NCBI GenBank assembly: GCA_964576755.1
Contig: CAZNUV010000001.1
Span: 40,883 to 104,882 of the forward strand
Length of the DNA: 64,000 bases
Reading direction: 5' to 3'
Source of the DNA: Candidatus Woesearchaeota archaeon
GTDB lineage: Archaea; Nanobdellota; Nanobdellia; Pacearchaeales; GW2011-AR1
This document shows positions 36,566 through 47,690 of this stretch, one piece after another (within the stretch, counting starts at the first letter, position 1; each line of letters begins with the position of its first letter). The notes under the pieces are model-generated. The model searched no databases, had not been told where the DNA came from, and saw only the letters and a program-made list of their open reading frames with translations. The translations under genes and the position numbers were made by a program.

Positions 36566-36667
36566 GGGAACACCTCTTATAGTTTAGATAAAACTAAGGT
36601 ATATAAAAGGTTTTTGAAAACTGTAAAATCAATAAAAGTTTAAAAATAACAGAATCTAGATAATATC

Positions 36668-37534
36668 ATGATAGAGTTTCTTATGAATCCAAAAAGAGCT
36701 GAAAGAAGACCCTGGGAAATGTTTTTTATCGGGGCATTTTATGCTTCTATATCTATACTTTTAGTTAGTTTTGTTTTTGCAAAAGACTCTGTACTAAATC
36801 AATTTGGGGGGATTTTAGTTATCTTGTTTACAATTATCTGTTCACTTCCTTTCATGTATTACATCATTAAATTTGAAGAAGGTAAAGATGTTGTTATTAC
36901 TAACAACGGAAGGCTTCTAAAAGAACATTCTAAAGCAATTCAAGCATTAATGTGGCTCTTTATCGGTTTTGTTGTTGCATTCTCTTTTTGGTATTTAGTT
37001 CTACCAAATTATACTGAGATAAATTTTAATGCCCAAATAAAAGTTTTCTGTGCAATAAATAGCCCAAATAATTATGAAACTTGTATACAACAAAATGGAA
37101 TTTCTGCAGTAACAGGAGATATAACTGGTAGCTTTGCTAAAGATAAATTATTAATAAACATATTTGCAAACAATATTTATGTGTTAATTTTCACGATTCT
37201 ATTTTCATTAATCTTTGGTGCGGGTGCAATGTTTATCCTTGCTTGGAATGCTTCTGTAATTGCAGCAGCCATAGGAATTTTTTCAAAGGGAAATGTTATA
37301 AATCTCCCACTAGGATTAGCTAGATATATGATTCATGGAGTTCCTGAAATTGGAGCCTATTTTATTGGAGCATTAGCTGGAGGGATTATATCTGTTGCCG
37401 TTATTAGAAAAGACCTTCAAGGAGAAAGAAAATGGAGGATTTTAGAAGATTCTCTAATCTTAGTTATAGGGGCTGTCTTAATATTAGTTCTTGCGGCAAT
37501 AATGGAAGTTTATATAACACCAAAACTATTTTAA
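36668..37534 (+). CDS. SpoIIM/DUF95 family membrane protein
   Basis: IFANN, HGVPEI, AAIMEVYITP motifs. Confidence 0.85.
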   Translation: MIEFLMNPKRAERRPWEMFFIGAFYASISILLVSFVFAKDSVLNQFGGILVILFTIICSLPFMYYIIKFEEGKDVVITNNGRLLKEHSKAIQALMWLFIGFVVAFSFWYLVLPNYTEINFNAQIKVFCAINSPNNYETCIQQNGISAVTGDITGSFAKDKLLINIFANNIYVLIFTILFSLIFGAGAMFILAWNASVIAAAIGIFSKGNVINLPLGLARYMIHGVPEIGAYFIGALAGGIISVAVIRKDLQGERKWRILEDSLILVIGAVLILVLAAIMEVYITPKLF

Positions 37535-37559
37535 AGAGTTTTTTCTTTAATTCAGAATC

Positions 37560-37694
37560 ATGGTGACATTAATTTGTAAGTTTTGCGGATATTGTCTAAA
37601 AAAAGATTCTCAAATTAAGACTTGTCCTTATTGTGGTAAAAAAAATGCCTTAGTAGAAGAAGAAACTGCCGAGGAAATTGTAATAGAAGTTTAA
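37560..37694 (+). CDS. Small CPxCG-type zinc-finger protein
   Basis: Not in the ORF track. MVTLICKFCGYCLKKDSQIKTCPYCGKKNALVEEETAEEIVIEV*; ends 19 nt before aglB. Confidence 0.75.
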   Translation: MVTLICKFCGYCLKKDSQIKTCPYCGKKNALVEEETAEEIVIEV

Positions 37695-37713
37695 TATTAA
37701 GATAGATGAAAAA

Positions 37714-40449
37714 ATGGAAGAAGAAATAAATAAAAGAAAAGAGAAAGTTTTAGATTTTTTAAAACAACCAACAGTTTGGGTTTTAGGATTTTTGATAATT
37801 GCTTTAATTTTAGGAGTTTATATTAGAAGCATCCCCATGCATATTAGGCCAGAAACTGGAAAACCAGGTCTGTGGGATATAACTACAGATACATGGACTC
37901 TTGGTCCAGATCTTGATCCATGGCTATTTTTAAGATCTGCTAAAGAAATTGTTGATACAGGCTCTATTGCTCAAATAGATGTCATGAGGAATGTTCCATT
38001 AGGGTTTGATACAACAAAGGAAACTCGACTACTTCCATATATGATTACTACAACTTATTGGATACTAAATATTTTTTCAAATGTTAATATTGAATATGCC
38101 GGAGTTATATTCCCAGTGATTATGTTTACTTTTACAATCTTAGTTTTTTTCTTATTTGTTAGAGAGATATTTATAACGAAAAATAAAAATTCAAAAATCA
38201 AGGCTAATATCATTTCCCTTATCTCAACATTTTTTATGATTGTTATACCTAGTCTTTTATCAAGAACTTTAGCAGGAATTCCAGAAAAAGAATCTGCTGG
38301 TTTCTGTTTTCTTTTTTTAGCGTTTTATTTATTTTTAAAGGCATGGAAATCTGAAAATTGGAAATTTGCTTCTTTTTTTGCAATAATTGCGGGAATTTCT
38401 ACTGCTACAATGGGGCTGATTTGGGGAGGTGTAAATTATATTTTTGTTACAATTGCAGTTTCTACATTTTTAGCATTTTTATTAAACAAGATAGATAAAA
38501 AAGAAACTTTAATTTATTCCCTCTGGCTTGTTTTTTCTTGGGCGGTAATGTTAATATTTTCTAATAGGTTTGATTTAAAGGGATTTATAGTTTCTCTTGA
38601 TACTGGACTTGCATTTCTTATTTTATTTATTCTTATTGTCCACTTAATACTGTGGAAAACAAAAATATCTAAACTGAAAATTTTAAGGAATTGTAAACTT
38701 CCAAAAAATATTACTTCTTTAATTATTTCAATAATTTTAGGGGTTTTACTCGTATCAGTATTATTTGGTCCAAATTTTATAATAGAAAAAATAACCGATT
38801 TAAACCAAATTTTATTTAAGCCAACTACAGGAAGATGGAACACTACTGTTGCAGAAAATAGACAACCTTATTTCTTAGAATGGGGTGCGAGTTTTGGGCC
38901 TTTTATCCCTAATGTTAAAAACAGTGCTATTTTGTTTTGGCTGTTCTTTGTGGGTTCGGTAGTATTATTTAAACAAATGTTAAAAAAGATAAAGAATAAA
39001 GATGCTTGGATTTTGACTGGACTTTATATTTTCTTTTTTTGCGGACTAGTCTTTTCAAGATATTCAGAACATCCAGCTTTGTTTGATGGTGAGAATTTTA
39101 TTAGTAAAGCTTTTTATTATTTTTCTGCATTATTATTAATAGGATTCTTAATATATTATTATTTTCAATACCATAAAAGGCAAGATAATAGTTTTGATTT
39201 AATACGGTTTGAATATCTACTCTTATTTTCCCTATTTATTTTAACATTATTCACAGCAAGAAGTGCGGTAAGACTGATCATGGTTTTAGCCCCAATAGCC
39301 CCTATCTTTGTAGGTTTTTTAATTTTTTATCTTGTAGATAAATTTATAAAATCTGAAGATGAGACAAAAAGAATTATATATAGTTCTCTAGCGATTGTAG
39401 TCATTTTGTTAAGTTTGTTCACATTTTGGACATACTATAATAGTGTTAAAGCACAAGCAAGCGGCATGATTCCTTCTTCATATAACCAACAATGGCAAAA
39501 AGCAATGCAATGGGTTAGAGAAAATACTAATGAACAGACAACAGTATTTGCACATTGGTGGGATTATGGATATTGGGTTCAATCTATAGGAAAAAGAGCA
39601 ACTGTTTTAGATGGTGGAAATGCAATAAAATTTTGGAATTATCTTATGGGGAGATATGTATTAACCGGAGACAACCAAGATGATGCTTTAGAATTTTTAT
39701 ATAATCACAATGCGACCCATTTATTAATAGATTCTACAGATATTGGAAAATATGGGGCATTTTCAAGTATTGGAAGTGATGAAGATTATGATAGATTTAG
39801 TTGGATTCCTGCAATGATTTATGATGAATCTCAAACAAAAGAAACTAATAGAGGTATTACAATTGTTTATCAAGGAGGATTTGGTATTGATGAAGATATA
39901 GTCTATGAACAGAATGGAACCAAGATATTTCTTCCTGCAGAAAAAACTGCAATAATCGGGATGGTTATTGAGACTATTCAGAATAATAATTCAATTGCAT
40001 TTGAACAGCCCCAATTAGCATTTTACTATCAAGGAAAACAGATAAATATTCCATTGAGATATATTTATTTTAAAGACCAATTTTACGATTTTAAAACAGG
40101 ATTAGAAGGAACAGCAGATATCATTCCAAAAGTAGATTCTAATGGTAAATTAAATATTGCTGGGGCCCTGATATATATCTCTCCAAGAGTTATGAGAGGT
40201 ATGCTTGCCCAAAAATACCTATTAGATGATCCATTTAATAATTTTCCAAATTTTAAACTAACCCATACTGAATCTAGTTTAGTAGTAGAGTCTCTAAATT
40301 CTCAAGGAACAAATCTTGGAGAATTTATTTATTATGGGGGAGTTCAAGGACCTATTAAAATCTGGGATATAGAATACACTGGAAAAGAAAAAATAGTGGA
40401 AGAATACTTAGATAAAGATTATTCAAAATATCTATCTTGGGAATTATAA
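37714..40449 (+). CDS. aglB: Oligosaccharyltransferase AglB (STT3)
   Basis: DPW, TVAE (TIXE-like), WWDYG and D-x-x-K (DIGK) motifs; multi-TM N-terminal region. Confidence 0.96.
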   Translation: MEEEINKRKEKVLDFLKQPTVWVLGFLIIALILGVYIRSIPMHIRPETGKPGLWDITTDTWTLGPDLDPWLFLRSAKEIVDTGSIAQIDVMRNVPLGFDTTKETRLLPYMITTTYWILNIFSNVNIEYAGVIFPVIMFTFTILVFFLFVREIFITKNKNSKIKANIISLISTFFMIVIPSLLSRTLAGIPEKESAGFCFLFLAFYLFLKAWKSENWKFASFFAIIAGISTATMGLIWGGVNYIFVTIAVSTFLAFLLNKIDKKETLIYSLWLVFSWAVMLIFSNRFDLKGFIVSLDTGLAFLILFILIVHLILWKTKISKLKILRNCKLPKNITSLIISIILGVLLVSVLFGPNFIIEKITDLNQILFKPTTGRWNTTVAENRQPYFLEWGASFGPFIPNVKNSAILFWLFFVGSVVLFKQMLKKIKNKDAWILTGLYIFFFCGLVFSRYSEHPALFDGENFISKAFYYFSALLLIGFLIYYYFQYHKRQDNSFDLIRFEYLLLFSLFILTLFTARSAVRLIMVLAPIAPIFVGFLIFYLVDKFIKSEDETKRIIYSSLAIVVILLSLFTFWTYYNSVKAQASGMIPSSYNQQWQKAMQWVRENTNEQTTVFAHWWDYGYWVQSIGKRATVLDGGNAIKFWNYLMGRYVLTGDNQDDALEFLYNHNATHLLIDSTDIGKYGAFSSIGSDEDYDRFSWIPAMIYDESQTKETNRGITIVYQGGFGIDEDIVYEQNGTKIFLPAEKTAIIGMVIETIQNNNSIAFEQPQLAFYYQGKQINIPLRYIYFKDQFYDFKTGLEGTADIIPKVDSNGKLNIAGALIYISPRVMRGMLAQKYLLDDPFNNFPNFKLTHTESSLVVESLNSQGTNLGEFIYYGGVQGPIKIWDIEYTGKEKIVEEYLDKDYSKYLSWEL

Positions 40450-40495
40450 TTTAATCTTAGACAAATTTTAAAAGCCTTAAATGTGTATTTAATTC

Positions 40496-41512
40496 ATGGA
40501 AATTATCTTATTTGTTTCAATAATAATAAGTTTCATTTTAACTATTGTTGTACTCCCAAAATGGATTAGAAAGTGTAAACAAACTGGACTTTTATGGGAA
40601 GATATGAACAAATATACTCATCCTAAGAATGTTGCAGGTTCTGGAGGAATTGTGGTTGTAATGGCGTTTATATTAGGGGTTTTAAGTTATATTGCGATAC
40701 GTACGTTTTTGATTATAAATCAAAATGGAATAACTACACAAATATTTTCTCTACTAACAGTGGTCTTAATTTTGTCAATCGTAGGTCTTACTGATGATTT
40801 ACTTGGTTGGAAACATGGAGGATTATCAGCTAAGATAAGAATTTTTTTAGCTCTTATTGCATCAATCCCCTTGGTAGTAATAAATGCTGGTTCTCAGACA
40901 ATAATGCTTCCATGGATTGGGACTATTAATTTAGGACTATTTTATACATTGATTATTCTTCCTTTAGGAGTTGCAGGAGCTACAACTGCGTTTAATTTTT
41001 TAGCAGGGTTTAATGGATTAGAAACAGGACAAGGAATAATCATTTTAACATTCCTTTCTTTTATTTCATATATCACTGGGACCACATGGTTAGCATTAAT
41101 TGGTCTAATTATGGTTTCTTCTTTAATTGCATTTTATTTTTATAATAGATTTCCGGCCAGGGTCTTTCCGGGGGATATACTTACTTATTCGGTTGGGGCA
41201 TTAATTGTAACCATGGCAATTTTAGGGAATTTTGAAAAGATTACAATATTTATTTTTATCCCATACATTATTGAGGGAATTTTAAAGGCTCGTGGAGGTT
41301 TAAAAAAACAATCTTTTGCAATACCAGATAAATATGGAAATCTAAAATTACCATATAAAAAAGTCTATAGTTTAACCCATTTATCAATTTTAATCCTAAG
41401 CAAGTTTAAAAGAAATGTAAGAGAAAGAGATGTGACTTATCTAATCTTTATCTTTCAAGTATTAATATGCCTAATAGCCCTTGTACTTTTTAAGAAAGTT
41501 CTATATATCTAA
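40496..41512 (+). CDS. UDP-GlcNAc:polyprenyl-phosphate GlcNAc-1-P transferase (AglH/Alg7/MraY family)
   Basis: GLTDDLLG, AFNFLAGFNGLE, PARVFPGD. Confidence 0.9.
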   Translation: MEIILFVSIIISFILTIVVLPKWIRKCKQTGLLWEDMNKYTHPKNVAGSGGIVVVMAFILGVLSYIAIRTFLIINQNGITTQIFSLLTVVLILSIVGLTDDLLGWKHGGLSAKIRIFLALIASIPLVVINAGSQTIMLPWIGTINLGLFYTLIILPLGVAGATTAFNFLAGFNGLETGQGIIILTFLSFISYITGTTWLALIGLIMVSSLIAFYFYNRFPARVFPGDILTYSVGALIVTMAILGNFEKITIFIFIPYIIEGILKARGGLKKQSFAIPDKYGNLKLPYKKVYSLTHLSILILSKFKRNVRERDVTYLIFIFQVLICLIALVLFKKVLYI

Positions 41513-41513
41513 A

Positions 41514-42443
41514 ATGACAGAAAAAATTTCAATTATTATACCCTGCAAAAAGATAGATTCTCAAACCAAAAAATGTATCTTAGAATGTTTAAAATTAGAT
41601 TATTCTAATTTTGAAATAATCGTTCTACCAGATAATTCTGATAAGGTAAAATACCCTAAAATAGTCAAAATAATTTCTACAGGCCTTGTTAAGCCTTCAA
41701 TAAAGAGGAATATTGCAATGGATAAATCTAATAGTGAATTTTTTGCATTTATAGATTCGGATGCATATCCAAAAAAAGATTGGTTAAAAAATGCTATTAA
41801 ATATTTTAAAAATGATAAAATTGGAATTGTTGGTGGACCAAATTTAACCCCTTCTGAAGGAAATTTTTGGGAAAAAATTTCAGGATATACACTTTCTAAT
41901 TTTTTTGTGAGTGGAAAGGCCTCTATACGTTATAAGATTTCTAATAATCAATTCGTTACAGAACTCCCTTCTTGTAATTATATCACAAGAAATAAGGCTG
42001 CTGAAAAGTATGATTCTAATTTTTTAACTGCAGAAGATACAAAATTTTGCTTTTCAGCTAGGAAAAAAGGATATAAAATATTATATGCAAACGATGTTAT
42101 AGTCTTTCATCATAGAAGAGATAGTTTAAAAAAACATCTAAAACAAATGTTTGTTTATGGAAGAGATAATCTTTGGCTTTTAAAAAAAGAGTTTTCTATA
42201 AATAAACTCCATTTTCTAATAACTCTTATAGGGATTATTGGTTTTTTATTGGGAATTATTTTTTCCTTTTTTAATCCGGTTATAAGAATTATTTTCCCGA
42301 TATTAATAACAATTTCTTTGTTTATGATTCTTTTCACTAGCATACACAAAAGTATAAAGATAACTTTTTTTGTTTTTATCACTTCAGTACTAACTCTTTT
42401 TGCCCATGGGCTAGGATCTTTATATGGTTTAATTTCAAAATAG
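41514..42443 (+). CDS. Glycosyltransferase family 2 with C-terminal TM helices
   Basis: ISIIIP, AFIDSD, AED; ATG 41514 preferred over the track start 41481. Confidence 0.9.
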   Translation: MTEKISIIIPCKKIDSQTKKCILECLKLDYSNFEIIVLPDNSDKVKYPKIVKIISTGLVKPSIKRNIAMDKSNSEFFAFIDSDAYPKKDWLKNAIKYFKNDKIGIVGGPNLTPSEGNFWEKISGYTLSNFFVSGKASIRYKISNNQFVTELPSCNYITRNKAAEKYDSNFLTAEDTKFCFSARKKGYKILYANDVIVFHHRRDSLKKHLKQMFVYGRDNLWLLKKEFSINKLHFLITLIGIIGFLLGIIFSFFNPVIRIIFPILITISLFMILFTSIHKSIKITFFVFITSVLTLFAHGLGSLYGLISK

Positions 42444-42491
42444 GATATTTTTAATAAAAACATTTATAATAGGTCCTTAATAAGGTTGAAT

Positions 42492-43946
42492 ATGAAAATA
42501 ATTATTGGATACCCTCCTACAGAATCTGAAAAGGGGGTTGCACTTTTAAGTCAAAATAGACAATTTCAATGGTTTAGCAATCCTAGTTATTTATTCCCAA
42601 TTGTTTTAGGCAGTGCTGCAACTATGTTAAAATCAAGAGGCAATAAGATACTCTGGCTAGATTGTATTGCTGAAAAAATTCAAATGGAAAAATTTTTTAG
42701 TATTCTAAAAAAGGAAAGCCCGGACTTATTTGTCTTTGAAACAAAAACACCAGTAATTAAACAACATTGGAATCTTATTAATCAACTTAAAAAAAACTTT
42801 CCAAAGATGAAGATAGTTCTTTTAGGAGACCATGTAACTTCATTCCCTAAAGAAAGTATGGAAAAATCAAAAGTAGACTTTGTTTTAACTGGAGGAGATT
42901 ATGATTTCTTACTAAGTGATCTTGTAGATTTTTTAAATAATAAAATAAAAAAAATTCCTAAAGGTATTTGGTATAGAAAAAATAATAAAATAATGAATTC
43001 TGGAAAATTTACACTAAATCAAAAATTAGACAATGCACCATTTATAGACCGTCAATTAACTAAATGGGAAAATTATCAAAAAGAATACAACATTAGCAGA
43101 AAGCCTTATTTTTATATTATGTCTGGAAGAGATTGTTGGTGGGGAAAATGCAAATTTTGTGCTTGGCCAAGATTATTCCCGTGTTTTAGAGTGAGAAGTG
43201 TTGAAAACGTCTTAAATGAAATTGGGCATTTAATAAAACAATATAATGCCAAGGAAATATTTGATGATTCTGGAACTCTAACTGTAGGAAAATGGTTAGT
43301 AGATTTATGTAATGGGTTAATCAAAAGAGGTTATAATAAAAAAATAAGATATTCTTGTAACATGCGTTTTGCAGCATTAAAACAAGAGGATTATTATCTA
43401 ATGAAAAAAGCTGGGTTTAGATTGTTAAAGTTTGGATTAGAAAGTGCTAATCAATCTACCTTAGATAGATTAAATAAAGGTGTTAAAATAAAAGATATTC
43501 TTGAAGGTTGTAAAATGGCTAAAAAGGCAGGATTAACTGTCCATTTAACAATGATAGTAGGATATCCTTGGGAAACAAAACAAGATGCATTAAAAACATT
43601 TGAATTAGCCAAAAAATTAATGCAATCAGGACTTGCAGATGTATTACAATCAACAGTTTTGATTCCTTATCCTGGAACTCCTCTTTGGGAAGAAGCAAAA
43701 AAGAATGACTGGTTTTTATTTAACCCTGAAGATTATGAGAAATATGATATGCGGAGCCCTGTATTAAAGACTAAAAACTCTAATGCAAATGATGTTGCTT
43801 CTGTCTGTGGGCAGATTTATACTATCTTTTTGACACCCAAATATATCTTTGCAAGAATTAAATCTATCCGTTCTTGGGACGACATTATGTTAAACTTAAG
43901 AGGAATTAAAGCAGTATTTGGACATTTAAAGGACTTTTGGAAATAA
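42492..43946 (+). CDS. Cobalamin-binding radical SAM protein
   Basis: N-terminal B12-binding domain (LLGDHVT, GGDYD), GRDCWWGKCKFC, FGLES, PYPGT; TATA box 21 nt before ATG 42492. Confidence 0.88.
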   Translation: MKIIIGYPPTESEKGVALLSQNRQFQWFSNPSYLFPIVLGSAATMLKSRGNKILWLDCIAEKIQMEKFFSILKKESPDLFVFETKTPVIKQHWNLINQLKKNFPKMKIVLLGDHVTSFPKESMEKSKVDFVLTGGDYDFLLSDLVDFLNNKIKKIPKGIWYRKNNKIMNSGKFTLNQKLDNAPFIDRQLTKWENYQKEYNISRKPYFYIMSGRDCWWGKCKFCAWPRLFPCFRVRSVENVLNEIGHLIKQYNAKEIFDDSGTLTVGKWLVDLCNGLIKRGYNKKIRYSCNMRFAALKQEDYYLMKKAGFRLLKFGLESANQSTLDRLNKGVKIKDILEGCKMAKKAGLTVHLTMIVGYPWETKQDALKTFELAKKLMQSGLADVLQSTVLIPYPGTPLWEEAKKNDWFLFNPEDYEKYDMRSPVLKTKNSNANDVASVCGQIYTIFLTPKYIFARIKSIRSWDDIMLNLRGIKAVFGHLKDFWK

Positions 43947-44711
43947 AAATTTTGATACAGTAGAAAATTCGTATTTTTGTTTTTTACAAAAAAGAATATA
44001 AGACTCTAATAAATTTAATAGCTCTTTTCCATTCTTTCTTTTTATTATAAGCGGTAACTTAAATGGTTTTAAATCTGAAAATTCCCAGGGATGAAATATA
44101 ATCATAGTATAATTAGAAAAAAGATTATTCAATTTTGTGAAAACCTTAGGGTATAATGGTCCGAGATTTTTAAATGCAAACCAAGCAATTGGTAATCTCA
44201 ATAGAGGTAAAACAGATGGAGGGATTTCTACAATATTTCCAAGATAATGAACACTTCTTTTTTTAAACAAGTTTATGTATTTTCCTGGAAGAAATGTTGG
44301 GTGAATTGAAGAGTCATATTCAAAACCTAAATTTTCTAATCTTTGAATATCTTTTATCTGAAATCTTGGAGCCCTAAACCCCCTGATTTTTAATTTTAAC
44401 TTTTCTAACTGAGCCTTAGATTGACTGATTCTTTTAAAATTATTTTTATCTAAATAATTATCTTTATGCTCTAATCCGTGACAAGCAATTTCATGCCCTT
44501 TTTTTTGTAGGGATTTAATAAATCCGGGATATTTTTTGGCAAAAACCGCAGTTGTGAAAAATGTTGCTTTAACCTTATGTTTATCTAAAAGTTTATCTAA
44601 CTCGATTAATCCTCTCATAGATTGTTCAAATTTTTCATTTACCTTAGAAACAGGTAATTCATCAAATTCTTCTGTATCAAAAGTTAGGAGAATTTTCATT
44701 TTACATTTCAT
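43926..44711 (-). CDS. Polysaccharide deacetylase (CE4-like)
   Basis: LTFDTEEF, ATFF, HEIACHGLEH, GFRAP, YDSS, FHPWE. Confidence 0.9.
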   Translation of the reverse strand: MKCKMKILLTFDTEEFDELPVSKVNEKFEQSMRGLIELDKLLDKHKVKATFFTTAVFAKKYPGFIKSLQKKGHEIACHGLEHKDNYLDKNNFKRISQSKAQLEKLKLKIRGFRAPRFQIKDIQRLENLGFEYDSSIHPTFLPGKYINLFKKRSVHYLGNIVEIPPSVLPLLRLPIAWFAFKNLGPLYPKVFTKLNNLFSNYTMIIFHPWEFSDLKPFKLPLIIKRKNGKELLNLLESYILFCKKQKYEFSTVSKFLFPKVL

Positions 44712-45397
44712 CTTAAAAATCTTAATACAAACAATCTTTTAAGCATTCCGGGAAGATACTTTAATCTAAAAGTACTAAACTTTTCATATTTAAACGGAAG
44801 GTATTTTTCTGCGAATCTATACTTTTTCTTTTTTGCACGGTATAAAAATTCTATATCAAAATCAAAACCTGTACAAGTAAAATGATTACCTATCTCTTTC
44901 CAGACTTCTTTTTTAAAGAATTTTGCTCCTGCCTGTGTATCTCTAAACTCTAAATTAAACAAAATTTTAGATACAATAAACCCCCCTAAAGATAAAAACC
45001 TTCTAATTATAGAGTCTTGTACCCTTTTTGTTCCTCTTAAGTATTTTGAAGCCAAAACAATATCATAACTTTCTAAGTGGTTTATCATTTCCAATACCTT
45101 TGTTAAATTAAAGGGGTTATCTGCATCTAAAAAACCAATATAATCTCCATTTGCATTATTAAAACCCGCTATAAGGGCATAACCTTTTCCTCTTTGAGGT
45201 ATTTCTATCACCTTCACAGGTAACTTTTTAGATAAGTTTTGTATAATTTTAGGAGTATTATCAGTACAATCATTACAAACAACAATAATTTGAATTTTTT
45301 TGAATTTTTTTGAAAAAAAGTTGTAATATTCCCTTATAGATTTTTCTATCACTTTTCCGGAATTATGGGCTGGAACTATTAGTGAAAAAGATTTCAT
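44708..45397 (-). CDS. GT2, dolichol-phosphate hexosyltransferase-like
   Basis: VPAHN, GKGYA, FLDAD, DTQAGAK, FDIE. Confidence 0.9.
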   Translation of the reverse strand: MKSFSLIVPAHNSGKVIEKSIREYYNFFSKKFKKIQIIVVCNDCTDNTPKIIQNLSKKLPVKVIEIPQRGKGYALIAGFNNANGDYIGFLDADNPFNLTKVLEMINHLESYDIVLASKYLRGTKRVQDSIIRRFLSLGGFIVSKILFNLEFRDTQAGAKFFKKEVWKEIGNHFTCTGFDFDIEFLYRAKKKKYRFAEKYLPFKYEKFSTFRLKYLPGMLKRLFVLRFLR

Positions 45398-45481
45398 TAG
45401 ATTTCAGAGATTAAGCATATATAAAATTATTGGATTTATACTCTTAGAAAGGTTTTTTAATTAATTTTCATCCCCTATTCT

Positions 45482-46438
45482 ATGGGTACATGGAATATAT
45501 TAAAAAAACTTTTTCCATTAATCGGAATTTCAATATTTATATACTTAATATTAAAATTAGACATTAAAAATATCTCTCAAACTATTTTAAATGCCAATCT
45601 CGGTTTCCTTGTTATAGTTATTCTCCTCGTGATATTATCTGTTTCATTACAAACATTAAAATGGTGGATTATTGCACTAAACCAAGAGATGAATATCCCA
45701 TTTAAAAAAGCTGTAAAAATAAATTTAATGTCAGATTTTTATGGATTTGTTACACCTTCAAAATTGGGTACAATTATGAGAGTAGAGTATTTAAAAAAAT
45801 ACGGTACTGTGGGAAGAGGGATTACAAATTTTACGCTAGATAAAATACTAGATATCTGTTCATTATTTTTCTTATCGTTATTGTTTATTTTTGTTTTTAA
45901 AGGGATATTTCCAATTTATTTTAGAATGTTAATGTTTGGAATAGTTATTCTAATAGTTCTAATTTTTCTTTTTCTAAAGGAAAGAGCTATCTTATCTATT
46001 TTAAAATGGATGTATAACAATTTTCTTCCGAAAAAGTTTAAATTAAAGGCTAAATCAACCTTTCATGCGTTATATGAAAATTTTCCTAAAAAATCCGTTT
46101 TGATTCAAGCCCTTTTATTGAATACTATTACCTGGATTGTAGCTTATTTTATCTCTTACTTTATAGGCCTATCTTTAGGAATAAATGTTCATTGGATTTA
46201 TTTCTTAGCCATATTTCCAATTGCAACCTTAATTGCCCAACTACCTATAACTGTAAATGGACTTGGAACTAGAGAAGCAGTATTAATTCAACTATTTGGA
46301 TTGTTAAATGTTGAAGCGACAAAGGTTTTTTCAATGTCAATTTTAGGTCTTTTAATTGCAGGAATTGTCCCAGTAATGGTTGGACTCTTTTTTATACTTA
46401 AGGGGGAAAATAAAAAAAATGAAATACACCCTATTTAA
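45482..46438 (+). CDS. Lysylphosphatidylglycerol-synthase TM domain / flippase-like protein (UPF0104)
   Basis: TPSKLG..MR, LPITVNGLGTRE; multi-TM. Confidence 0.85.
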   Translation: MGTWNILKKLFPLIGISIFIYLILKLDIKNISQTILNANLGFLVIVILLVILSVSLQTLKWWIIALNQEMNIPFKKAVKINLMSDFYGFVTPSKLGTIMRVEYLKKYGTVGRGITNFTLDKILDICSLFFLSLLFIFVFKGIFPIYFRMLMFGIVILIVLIFLFLKERAILSILKWMYNNFLPKKFKLKAKSTFHALYENFPKKSVLIQALLLNTITWIVAYFISYFIGLSLGINVHWIYFLAIFPIATLIAQLPITVNGLGTREAVLIQLFGLLNVEATKVFSMSILGLLIAGIVPVMVGLFFILKGENKKNEIHPI

Positions 46439-47690
46439 GGAAGCTGACAAAAAAATTGAAAAAGATATGCAAGAGATAATTAAAGAAATAAGAAGAAAAA
46501 TTCCGGAAGTTATTTCTATATTCCTTACAGGAGGATTTTCCCGTGGAGAAGGTCCTGTAAAAAAGGTACGAGAAGGATTTTATCCCTATAATGATTATGA
46601 CATTCAAGTTATAACTCAGAAAAAATTAAGTAAAGAAGAGACAGATAACATTTCTATTGAAATTTCAAAAAAATTAGGTTACAGAGGTATTGGTTATTTT
46701 TATAATTTTAAAAAAGAAGAACAAAAATTTAAAGAGAATTTCTATATAGACTTAAAGGTTGATACTCCAAAAGATTTAGAAACCCTTTTGCCAAGAATAA
46801 GGACTATTGAATTAAAAGAGAACTCTAAATTATTATGGGGGAAAGATGTACGGAGTATTATTCCCAATTATCAACTTAAAGAAATACCTCTCGCAGAGGG
46901 GGCTAAATTATTATTGGATAGAATGAGTCAACTCATCCAGTATTATTCTCTTAAAAAAGAAATGGATAAAGAATTTATGACATACATTATCCAACAAGCC
47001 TATGCTGCATGTTGTACTTCCCTCTTATTATTATCAAAGAAATATGAAATTGGTTATTTAAAATCTATGAAAATTTTTAAAGAGAATTATAAAACCGACT
47101 TTCCAGAACTATATAAAAAATCTCCAAATCTAGATAAAAAAATAGAAGAATTTATTAAATGGAAATCTAACCCAGAAAAATTACCAAATAGAAATATAGA
47201 TGAAGAATGGTTTATTGTAAAAGATAATATCCTTGAAGTTACAAAATACTTTTTTAGTAAATTTCTAAATAAGAAGATTAATACACTAGAAGAACTCTCA
47301 AATGGAATTCTTGGAATGAGAGAACAATTTTACCTGCCTTTTTTGAATGCAATTATAAAGAATAAATTAAAGATTAATCTTGGAAAAATAAACATACTCT
47401 TACTACCTTTAGTTTCCTTGATTCTAAAATATAAATACTACCAAAGATTGAAAAAATTTAAAATGAATAAGATAAACATTTTCCTTGAAAAAAGTCCAGA
47501 GTTAATAATCTTTGGAAGTTTGATTTTTTTAATTGGATCTATTGATAAAAATGGGGTTAATGAAGACCTTCTTAAAAAAGGTAGAGAGTTATTAGGAAAA
47601 GTATATAACTGCAAAGCAAAGAATTGGGAAGAAACCAGTTTAGAGTATGCAAATGCTTATATAACATTTTTTCTTCAAAAAATAATATGA
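46419..47690 (+). CDS. Pol-beta superfamily nucleotidyltransferase-like protein
   Basis: IFLTGGFSRGEG...PYNDYDIQVI (hGG...DhDh) followed by a helical domain; ATG 46419 preferred. Confidence 0.6.
   Translation: MKYTLFKEADKKIEKDMQEIIKEIRRKIPEVISIFLTGGFSRGEGPVKKVREGFYPYNDYDIQVITQKKLSKEETDNISIEISKKLGYRGIGYFYNFKKEEQKFKENFYIDLKVDTPKDLETLLPRIRTIELKENSKLLWGKDVRSIIPNYQLKEIPLAEGAKLLLDRMSQLIQYYSLKKEMDKEFMTYIIQQAYAACCTSLLLLSKKYEIGYLKSMKIFKENYKTDFPELYKKSPNLDKKIEEFIKWKSNPEKLPNRNIDEEWFIVKDNILEVTKYFFSKFLNKKINTLEELSNGILGMREQFYLPFLNAIIKNKLKINLGKINILLLPLVSLILKYKYYQRLKKFKMNKINIFLEKSPELIIFGSLIFLIGSIDKNGVNEDLLKKGRELLGKVYNCKAKNWEETSLEYANAYITFFLQKII

Noticed and set aside
46419..47690. Nucleotidyltransferase as a CBASS CD-NTase or MNT antitoxin
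   Set aside because: There is no adjacent effector, Cap or HEPN gene, and it is coupled to glycan-pathway genes. Not formally excluded without a structure search.
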